From Oscillospiraceae bacterium (GTDB taxonomy: Bacteria; Bacillota; Clostridia; Oscillospirales; Ruminococcaceae): DNA of 64,000 nucleotides. The position numbers and the translations under genes were made by a program. The notes under the pieces were generated by a model. It saw only the letters and a list, made by a program, of their open reading frames with translations, did no database searches and had not been told where the DNA came from. How positions within the stretch are numbered: position 1 is the stretch's first letter; each line of letters begins with the position of its first letter. Location of the stretch: positions 7,057-71,056 of the forward strand of contig JAFXJT010000010.1 in assembly GCA_017532085.1 (NCBI GenBank), given 5' to 3'. Positions 25,652 to 33,134 of this stretch are shown here, piece by piece.

Positions 25652-28408
25652 TTACGATTCCAGCCGGATCTGCAGGATTGCCGCTGATCCGGGTACGGAA
25701 AGCACCAGCCGATCACTTTGTGCTGCATTGGATGGCAGCGCAATCGTATAGGCTGCAAAATCATCATATGCATTGCTTGCCGCAATGGGCACTGCAATGG
25801 GTTCGGCATCACCGATCTGCACCCAAAGGGTATCGTCTTTGTTGGTAGACTGTGCCAGCAGCGTTATTTTGCTCTTGCCGCAGTAATCCACACCGGCGTA
25901 TACCGCAGTTCCCTGATAGCTGACAGCCCGCAGATAATGTGCCTTGCGGGATTTGGAATAAAAGCTCTGCATCCCCGCAGCCTCATCAAACAGCTCGGCC
26001 GAAAATTCAGCAGGACGCTTGCCAAGCGTTTCTCCCGCAACCATACAATCTGCCTGCAGCCGAAGATCCTCCGAGGATGCGCCGGCAAAGAATCGATAGC
26101 AGCCGCCCTCCACCATCATACGGCCACTCCGCACATTGAAAATCTCAAGGAAATCGGAAGGCACATACAACGATACAGCGGTACGCTCTCCTGCCTGCAG
26201 ATGCACACGGCAAAAGGCACAAAGCTTTTTATTGGCACGGCGCACAGCGGAATCCGGCATCGTCACATACAGCTGTACCACCTCATCGCCATCCACTGCA
26301 GAAATATTCTCTACCGTCAGCTTTGCTCTGACACCATCCCGCTCGGGCTGTACCGTCAGATCGCTGTATGCAAAGTCGGAATAGCTCAGACCATAGCCAA
26401 AGGGATACAATGCTTTTCCCTCAAAATACTGATAGGTAAGTCCTGCAGATACAATATCATACTGCATCAGATCCCGTGGGAGCTCCAGCTCACTGCGATA
26501 CCATGTCAAAGGCGTTCTGCCTGCCGGATTGTTTTGGCCGGATAGAGTCGCAGCAACCGCTGTGCCCAGATAAGGACCTGCATGAGAAGTATACAAAATA
26601 GCAGAAAGCTGTTCCTGCTCCTCGCAAATGGCATAGGGATAGCTGGAAATCAGCACCATAACCGTCGCAGGATTCGCAGCCTGCAGCACCTTTGCCATGC
26701 CGCTTTGTACATTCAATGCAAGCGTTTTGCGATCATAACATTCCTTTGCAACCTGTACCGGATGATTGCCGACACAGTAGACAACCAGATCATTTGCCTT
26801 TGCCAATGCCGCAGCGCGATCGGTGCCCTTGGAGATCACTGTCATTGAAAACAACTGCTCTGCGCAAATATTGCGGCCGGATACGGCACAGATCTTGCCC
26901 TCTGCATCACATTGCAGACGCAAGCCGTGCTGAAAATCCTCCATGAGCATCTTGCCGGCATAGGGGTACAAAAACAAAGTTTCACGGGTAAACCAATCGT
27001 AGATGTCACGATGATGCAGCCGCAGCTGCCGGTCATCTCCGCAGCGCACATAGCGCTGATATCGGATCGAAAACAGATTGCACCAGTTTTCGCCCCAATT
27101 CTGCAGCGCAAACAGTTCACTTTCTGTCACACAATCCGCATCGGCAATCACAGAACCGTCCTCTTTTGCCGACAGATACTTTCCGTTTTCTGCAAGAATC
27201 GCCACATGATCCCACAAATCGTCATGCGTGACCTCTGCTTTTGAGAATTCTGATCGGATGCCTTTCAGCACCGAAATTTCCTCCTTGGCATATCCTGTAT
27301 ACCAATCCTTCAGATTCTCATCGGCAAGCGGACCAACCACAGCAATCTTGTTCGGATGCTTCCGGACAGGCAGCAGCCCATCGTTCTTCAGCAGAATCAT
27401 CTGTTTCATAGCAGCACGGCAATTGCATGCTTCCGACAGCAGCATATGAATGTCTTTCTCGGTAAAGGCATCATAATCACAATGCTCTGCCAATTGTCCG
27501 AGCCGCAGTCTTGCATAGATCGTATTGAGAACAGAGGCATCCAGATCCGCTTCGGTGATTCTTCCTTCTTCCAGCGCTTTTTTCGCTGCCATCGCAACCA
27601 AAGTATCCTCATCGGTCATGATATCGCAGCCGGCAAGCAGAGCATTGGCAAAGGCTTCGGAATGGGTATCACAGTCATGATGCGCCGTCAGAAGCTGAGA
27701 AAAATCGCCGCCGTCACTGACAACAAACCACAATCCCCATTGCTCCTTGAGCAGTGTTTGGAGTTCGGGATTGCATATCGCAGGCACACCATTGATCTCG
27801 TTATAGGCAGCCATAATGCTTTTGGCACCGCCATGACAGATGGCATACCGGAAGGCTGCATAGTAATACTCATATTTCAGTCGGGGCGGCAGATAAGCAT
27901 TGCAATGTCCTCTGCCTTCCTCATTGTTATTGGCACAGAAATGCTTGAGCGTCGGAATCGTCATCAGATAGTTGCCGTCATCTCCTGCCATACCCTTGGT
28001 ATAGGCAGCAGTCAGACAGCCTGCAAGACAGACATCTTCGCCATAGGCTTCCTCGGTTCTGCCCCATCGGGGATCCCGTACCATATCGACCGTAGGCCCC
28101 CACAATGCAAGACCGCCCTTGGGATCGGCATTGTAATAGGCACGCGCTTCCATGCCGGCAATCCGTCCGAGATTCTCCATCAGCAACGGATCAAAGGTTG
28201 CCGCAAGGCCCACAGGCTGTGGAAATACGGTGGAGCTGCGCTCCGGACTGCGTCCCACATAGCCTCTGGCCACCTCGGTACCGATATAGAACTCCGGAAG
28301 CCCCAGCCGTTCTACCGCATGGTGATGGGTAGTCAGCAAATGAAGCTTTTCTTGCAGCGTCAATGCTGCTACAATGGAGCATGCACGCTCAAAAATCTTC
28401 TGTTTCAT
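25652..28408 (-). CDS. glycoside hydrolase family 3 (beta-glucosidase/xylosidase type) with an inserted module
   Basis: DPRWGRTEEAYGED, KHFCANNNEEGR and the nucleophile region VVSDGGD are present. No signal peptide was seen. The start at ATG 28408 is uncertain because the SD is weak. Confidence 0.85.
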   Translation of the reverse strand: MKQKIFERACSIVAALTLQEKLHLLTTHHHAVERLGLPEFYIGTEVARGYVGRSPERSSTVFPQPVGLAATFDPLLMENLGRIAGMEARAYYNADPKGGLALWGPTVDMVRDPRWGRTEEAYGEDVCLAGCLTAAYTKGMAGDDGNYLMTIPTLKHFCANNNEEGRGHCNAYLPPRLKYEYYYAAFRYAICHGGAKSIMAAYNEINGVPAICNPELQTLLKEQWGLWFVVSDGGDFSQLLTAHHDCDTHSEAFANALLAGCDIMTDEDTLVAMAAKKALEEGRITEADLDASVLNTIYARLRLGQLAEHCDYDAFTEKDIHMLLSEACNCRAAMKQMILLKNDGLLPVRKHPNKIAVVGPLADENLKDWYTGYAKEEISVLKGIRSEFSKAEVTHDDLWDHVAILAENGKYLSAKEDGSVIADADCVTESELFALQNWGENWCNLFSIRYQRYVRCGDDRQLRLHHRDIYDWFTRETLFLYPYAGKMLMEDFQHGLRLQCDAEGKICAVSGRNICAEQLFSMTVISKGTDRAAALAKANDLVVYCVGNHPVQVAKECYDRKTLALNVQSGMAKVLQAANPATVMVLISSYPYAICEEQEQLSAILYTSHAGPYLGTAVAATLSGQNNPAGRTPLTWYRSELELPRDLMQYDIVSAGLTYQYFEGKALYPFGYGLSYSDFAYSDLTVQPERDGVRAKLTVENISAVDGDEVVQLYVTMPDSAVRRANKKLCAFCRVHLQAGERTAVSLYVPSDFLEIFNVRSGRMMVEGGCYRFFAGASSEDLRLQADCMVAGETLGKRPAEFSAELFDEAAGMQSFYSKSRKAHYLRAVSYQGTAVYAGVDYCGKSKITLLAQSTNKDDTLWVQIGDAEPIAVPIAASNAYDDFAAYTIALPSNAAQSDRLVLSVPGSAAILQIRLES

Positions 28409-28518
28409 CTCATCCGTACAGCTCTTTTGGCAAGAGCCATCCTCCCCTTCCAAATCTTGTCTCAGTATAGCATATCCCCACTGCTTTGTCCAGTCATTCC
28501 TGTGCTGATTTTCCGCAA

Positions 28519-28564
28519 CAAAAATCCCCTCGGATTTCTGTGTTTGCAGCACAGATCCGAGAGG
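28519..28564 (-). terminator. intrinsic terminator ending the holin-lysin unit
   Basis: On the minus strand, CCTCTCGGATCTGTG...CACAGAAATCCGAGGGG is followed by ATTTTTGTTG. Confidence 0.65.
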
Positions 28565-28575
28565 ATTCTGAGGCT

Positions 28576-29442
28576 TTATGCCTGACTAAGAGATGCGCGG
28601 GTCTTGGGACCGCAGACGCCATCCACCTCCAACCCGCAATCGGTCTGATAGCAGCGTACTGCCCGTTCGGTATCGGGACCGAAGCTGCCATCAATACCCG
28701 CTGTTCCGCAAGAATAGCCCTTTTGTATCAGATGCCATTGCACCCAGCGGACATCATCGCCCTTGCTGCCACGGCGCTGCGGCTTTGTGGGCATCCCATA
28801 CGGACAGCCCTCCGGTGGATTGGCAGATACGGTTCCGAATCCGTTTTTCTGCTTTTTCCGCATTATGGCAGGATAGGCAAGATAGGCATAATTCAGATCC
28901 ACCTTGCCGGAAATCCCGTTGACACTGCCAGTATGGGAATATTGCCACATACCATAGGGATACCGATAGGAAGTCTTGCTGACACCGGTATGTGCCACCC
29001 AGACGGCATAGCGGCGCAGAATGCGTTCAGAGAGTTTCTGCTCCAGGAAATACTTATAGGAATAAATCCCTGCAAAATAGCCTGCTGCCTCCAACCTTTG
29101 ACAAAACGCCTCCACAATGGCATCCACCTGTTCTCTGCGCAGCATACGCTGTATCGTATCCTCAATATCAAAATAAATGGGATAGGCAAAGGTTTTGCCT
29201 TCCAGAAGCTGCAGCACTGCCTGTGCCTCTCTGTCGGCAGCCTGAGGCGTTGTGGCATAGCTGTAACAATAGGCACCCACCGGAATGCCTGCTGCGGATG
29301 CTCCTTGATAATTCTCACCGAAGCGCAGATCGGCACCGTTGCAATATACCCGCAGCACAGCAAATTCCACACCGCTTTCCGCCACCTGCTTCCAGTTGAT
29401 TCTGCCTTGATGCGCAGAAACATCAATTCCTTTGATCGCCAT
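28576..29442 (-). CDS. GH25 muramidase endolysin with C-terminal PG_binding_1 domain
   Basis: MAIKGIDVSAHQGRINWKQV...GAYCYSYA...YFDIED is a GH25 core. The C-terminus GDDVRWVQWHLIQKGY...IDGSFGPDTERAVRCYQ...VDGVCGPKT is peptidoglycan-binding. SD GGAAGGAG is upstream. Confidence 0.88.
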   Translation of the reverse strand: MAIKGIDVSAHQGRINWKQVAESGVEFAVLRVYCNGADLRFGENYQGASAAGIPVGAYCYSYATTPQAADREAQAVLQLLEGKTFAYPIYFDIEDTIQRMLRREQVDAIVEAFCQRLEAAGYFAGIYSYKYFLEQKLSERILRRYAVWVAHTGVSKTSYRYPYGMWQYSHTGSVNGISGKVDLNYAYLAYPAIMRKKQKNGFGTVSANPPEGCPYGMPTKPQRRGSKGDDVRWVQWHLIQKGYSCGTAGIDGSFGPDTERAVRCYQTDCGLEVDGVCGPKTRASLSQA

Positions 29443-29446
29443 GCTG

Positions 29447-29644
29447 TTACGCTCCTTCCTCACGATTCATGATCGCCGCAATACCGGCTGCCACGGCTGC
29501 CACACAGAATCCGATCACTGCCGATCGGGTACTGAAATCCGCAGCAGCAACATTGACCACCACATAGCCTGCGGCTGCCTGCAAAAATGTACGCAGTGTG
29601 CGCCGCATACATTCCGATTTGCAAAATGTTTTCAAGCTGTTCAT
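29447..29644 (-). CDS. phage holin (r1t-holin-like)
   Basis: 65 aa: MNSLKTFCKSECMRRTLRTFLQAAAGYVVVNV...VIGFCVAAVAAGIAAIMN. It lies immediately upstream of the endolysin, separated by 4 nt. SD AAAGGAGA is upstream. Confidence 0.7.
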   Translation of the reverse strand: MNSLKTFCKSECMRRTLRTFLQAAAGYVVVNVAAADFSTRSAVIGFCVAAVAAGIAAIMNREEGA

Positions 29645-29740
29645 TGCATTCTCCTTTGTCGCAATCGCTGTTTTATGCCGCAGCCCGCATCTGCCCTCCG
29701 AACCCATGGAAGCCGCAGCAATGCTCCATCGCCCTCATAC

Positions 29741-29786
29741 ACAGCGGAAAATGCGGAAAAACTTGTACGTTTCCGTGCAAGTTTTT
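29741..29786 (-). promoter_or_regulatory. operator/promoter element, site B: AAACTTGCACGGAAACGTACAAGTTTTT - N10 - CGCTGT (read on the minus strand)
   Basis: 27/28 identical to site A at 12477-12504. The CGCTGT box lies 10 nt downstream as at site A, and the holin ATG lies 112 nt downstream. The orientation relative to the operon matches site A. Confidence 0.6.
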
Positions 29787-29796
29787 GGATGGGATA

Positions 29797-29836
29797 CAAA
29801 AAAATCAGCGATGTGCACAATACACACCGCTGATTT
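29797..29836 (-). terminator. valS intrinsic terminator
   Basis: On the minus strand, AATCAGCG-(17 nt)-CGCTGATT is followed by TTTTTTT. Confidence 0.7.
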
Positions 29837-29857
29837 TCAGCAAATATTACAATTGTT

Positions 29858-32482
29858 TTATTGTTTCCAGCTTGCAATGGACTGCAATACTTTCGCAAGC
29901 TTTTCCTCGGCTTTCGCAAGCTTTTCCCGCTCAGCGGCAATGAGCTGTGCAGGTGCCTTTTCACAGAATCCGGGATTATCCAGTTTTTTCTGCACGAATT
30001 CAATATCCTTGCGTACCTTTGCTTCTTCCTTGGCAAGACGTGCCAGCTCTTTCTCCACATCCACGAGCTGTTCCATGGGGATGAAGATCCGAGCCACATC
30101 GGTAACGGCAGTCACAGCGTTCTTAAACTGATAATTCTGACCGAATTCCAGCTCAGAGGCAGAAACCAGATTCTCAAAGAACATCGAGCAGGAGGAGAAC
30201 AGTTCAACCTCAAGGGTTTCAAAATACAGCTTTGCCTTTGCGGAATTGGGAACATTCAGCTCGGTACGAATGGTACGGACTGCTTTGATGGCTGCAATGA
30301 CCTTTTCAAAGTCCTCAGCGGTCTTGGTGTAGTCATTTTCCTCGCAGTATACCGGGAAGTCCTCCAGCATGATCATGCTCTCATCGTTGGTGAGCACCTG
30401 CCAGATTTCCTCGGTGATGAAAGGCATAAACGGATGCAGAAGCTTCAGCATACCACGCAGAACCCATACCAGAACTGCCTGTGCCTGTTCCTGACTCTCG
30501 CCGCCTGCACGCAGACGGGATTTGGTCAGCTCGATATACCAATCGCAGTATACATCCCAGATGAAATCATAAAGCTTTGCAGAAGCAACGCCCAACTCAA
30601 ACTTATCCAGATTGTCATTGACATCTTTGGCAAGCTGATTGAACTTGGAGACAATCCACTGATCCTCCATACGCAGCGTTTGCGGCAGACCGGTAAAGGT
30701 AAAGTCCTCCGGCAGATTCATCATGACAAAACGAGAAGCATTCCACAGCTTATTGGCAAAATTACGGGCAGCCTTGACCTTATCATCAATGAAGCGCATA
30801 TCATTGCCGGGCGAGTTGCCGGTTGCCAGCATAAAGCGCAAAGCATCGGCACCGTAATTGTCAATGACCTCCAGCGGATCAATACCGTTGCCCAGAGACT
30901 TGGACATCTTTCTGCCCTGTGCATCACGTACCAGACCATGGATCAGAACGGTCTTGAAGGGTGCAACGCCATCCATGTGCTCCAGACCGGCAACGATCAT
31001 ACGAGAAACCCAGAAGGTAATGATATCATAACCGGTTACCAGCGTATCCGTGGGATAGAAATACTGCAGATCCTCTGTGTTCTGCGGCCAGCCCAGCGTG
31101 GAGAACGGCCACAAAGCAGAGCTGAACCAAGTATCCAGCGTATCGGGATCCTGCCGCATTGCCTTGCCGCACTTCGGACAAACGGCACTGTCTTCCCGTG
31201 TGACTACCAGCTCACCGCAATCATCGCAATAGAAAGCAGGAATCCGATGGCCCCACCACAGCTGACGGGAAATACACCAGTCACGGATATCCTCCATCCA
31301 GTTAAAATAGAGCTTGTTGAAGCGTTCGGGAACAAACTTGATCTCGCCGCTGCGCACCGCAGCAATCGCAGGCTTTGCAAGCTCCTCCATCTTCACAAAC
31401 CACTGCAGCGAAACTCTCGGCTCAACCGTAGTACCGCAGCGATAGCAGGTACCGACATTATGAACATGCGGCTCGGTTTTGATGAGGAATCCGCCTTTCT
31501 CCAGATCAGCAACAATTGCCTTTCGGGCAGCATAGCGATCCATTCCGGCATAGTCCGGATACTCCTCCGTAATCTTGGCATCATCGGTCATCACATTGAT
31601 GACAGGCAGCTGATGCCGCTGACCTACCATAAAGTCATTGGGGTCATGGGCCGGCGTAATCTTCACAACACCCGTACCGAATTCCATATCCACATAGCTG
31701 TCAGCAACCACAGGAATCTCTCTGCCAACCAGCGGAAGAATCAGCTTTTTGCCAACCAGATGTGCATAACGCTCATCCTTGGGATTCACAGCCACAGCCG
31801 TATCGCCCAGCAGCGTTTCGGGACGTGTGGTGGCAAGCTCCATGTAGCCGGAGCCATCGGCAAATGGATACCGCAGATGCCAGAAGCAGCCATCCTGCTC
31901 CTCATAGGTCACTTCGGCATTGGAAATGGAGGTCAGACAATGAGGACACCAGTTGATGATGCGCTCGCCGCGGTAAATCAGACCTTTTTCGTAATATTTT
32001 ACAAAGACTTCCTTCACCGCCTCAGAGCAGCCTTCGTCCATTGTAAAGCGTTCCCGCTCCCAATCGCAGGAGGAACCGAGCTTCATCAGCTGCTGATCAA
32101 TTCTGCCTGCATACTGCTCTTTCCAAGCCCATGCACGCTCCATGAAGCCATCTCTGCCGATGTCATCCTTGGTCACGCCTTCCTTGCGCATGGCTTCCAC
32201 GATTTTCGCTTCCGTAGCAATGGCAGCGTGATCGGTACCCGGCAGCCAAAGCGCGGAATAGCCGCTCATACGCTTCCAGCGGATCAGAATATCCTGCAAG
32301 GTTTCATCCAGTGCATGTCCCATATGCAGCTGTCCTGTGACATTGGGAGGCGGAATGACAATTGTATAGGGAATCTTTTTGGGATCAACCTCTGCATGGA
32401 AGCAGCGTTTTTCCATCCACTGCTGATAAATGCGATCTTCAAAGGTACTCGGGTCATAGTTTTTTGCCAGTTCCTTGGCCAT
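29858..32482 (-). CDS. valS: valine--tRNA ligase
   Basis: MAKELAKNYDPSTFEDRIYQQW, PPPNVTGQLHMGHA and KMSKSLGN are present, with a C-terminal coiled coil. SD AAAGGAG is upstream. Confidence 0.95.
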   Translation of the reverse strand: MAKELAKNYDPSTFEDRIYQQWMEKRCFHAEVDPKKIPYTIVIPPPNVTGQLHMGHALDETLQDILIRWKRMSGYSALWLPGTDHAAIATEAKIVEAMRKEGVTKDDIGRDGFMERAWAWKEQYAGRIDQQLMKLGSSCDWERERFTMDEGCSEAVKEVFVKYYEKGLIYRGERIINWCPHCLTSISNAEVTYEEQDGCFWHLRYPFADGSGYMELATTRPETLLGDTAVAVNPKDERYAHLVGKKLILPLVGREIPVVADSYVDMEFGTGVVKITPAHDPNDFMVGQRHQLPVINVMTDDAKITEEYPDYAGMDRYAARKAIVADLEKGGFLIKTEPHVHNVGTCYRCGTTVEPRVSLQWFVKMEELAKPAIAAVRSGEIKFVPERFNKLYFNWMEDIRDWCISRQLWWGHRIPAFYCDDCGELVVTREDSAVCPKCGKAMRQDPDTLDTWFSSALWPFSTLGWPQNTEDLQYFYPTDTLVTGYDIITFWVSRMIVAGLEHMDGVAPFKTVLIHGLVRDAQGRKMSKSLGNGIDPLEVIDNYGADALRFMLATGNSPGNDMRFIDDKVKAARNFANKLWNASRFVMMNLPEDFTFTGLPQTLRMEDQWIVSKFNQLAKDVNDNLDKFELGVASAKLYDFIWDVYCDWYIELTKSRLRAGGESQEQAQAVLVWVLRGMLKLLHPFMPFITEEIWQVLTNDESMIMLEDFPVYCEENDYTKTAEDFEKVIAAIKAVRTIRTELNVPNSAKAKLYFETLEVELFSSCSMFFENLVSASELEFGQNYQFKNAVTAVTDVARIFIPMEQLVDVEKELARLAKEEAKVRKDIEFVQKKLDNPGFCEKAPAQLIAAEREKLAKAEEKLAKVLQSIASWKQ

Positions 32483-32499
32483 GAAAAATCAGCTCCTTT

Positions 32500-32896
32500 T
32501 TTTCCGATCTTGTCATAAATGCGGTCAAATAAAAATCGCCCTGAACACAGAAAACACCATATGCTCTCTATGCTCAGGACGAACGGTTTCCATCAGGGCA
32601 ATGGGAATCACATCCGTGGTACCACCTGAATTCGGCAAAGCGTTTCAAACGCTCACAGCCGCACTCTTTGCTCGGACAGCGAGGCTGCAGCTGCACCCGA
32701 CTGACCTTCTCTGTAACGGGAGAACCCGTCAGACACTACACACAACCGATTGTGAAAGATCCTGACACAATCTGCTGCTTTGCATCCGCAGCTCGAAACG
32801 CGACTTCGGAGCAACCATCGAAGCATTTTCACCAACCATGCTCTCTCTGAACGACGGGGAACGCTCTTACTCCTCGTTTGTCATCGCTTTTCTATT
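32500..32896 (-). promoter_or_regulatory. T-box riboswitch leader, Val specifier (GUC)
   Basis: Read on the minus strand, Stem I carries the AGAGAG and GGUUGGUGAAA elements. The specifier loop reads CCGAAGUCGCG, with the codon at 32802-32804. The T-box core reads UUCAGGUGGUACCACGG (32614-32632). A terminator GCCCTGA...TCAGGGCGATTTTTATTT precedes the valS SD. Confidence 0.85.
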
Positions 32897-32902
32897 GTTA
32901 TT

Positions 32903-32931
32903 ATTGTAGCATACGGAAAAACGGCGGTCAA
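32903..32931 (-). promoter_or_regulatory. sigma-A promoter of the valS leader (TTGACC - 17 nt - TACAAT)
   Basis: Read on the minus strand, the -35 lies at 32931-32926 and the -10 at 32908-32903. Confidence 0.6.
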
Positions 32932-33024
32932 GACCCATTGCACCTTTTTGGCGATTCTTACAAACGCTGTGGATTTTCCGCAGCTTCCTTTGCACATTTC
33001 TCTCACAAATCCCCATAGATTCTG

Positions 33025-33068
33025 CAAAAAAAGAGCTGCTGTCCATGCAAATTGCCGGACAACAGCTG
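33025..33068 (-). terminator. intrinsic terminator of the second pectate lyase gene
   Basis: On the minus strand, CAGCTGTTGTCC-ggcaatttgcat-GGACAGCAGCTC is followed by TTTTTTT. Confidence 0.75.
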
Positions 33069-33134
33069 AAAATCATAAAGTATGCTATGAATTGGGAGAG
33101 GAAACCGGCGATCCGAAGACCGCATTTTGGGAAA

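Noticed and set aside
29861-32518. An 885-aa plus-strand ORF.
   Set aside because: It is antisense to valS across its whole length and has no motifs or SD. The same reasoning applies to 2202-4028, 5728-7176, 14307-15599, 19157-20662, 24495-25751, 27356-28585, 34221-35603, 42635-43714, 46495-48039, 48244-50427, 52537-54249 and 57114-58076. Each is a mirror of a well-supported gene.
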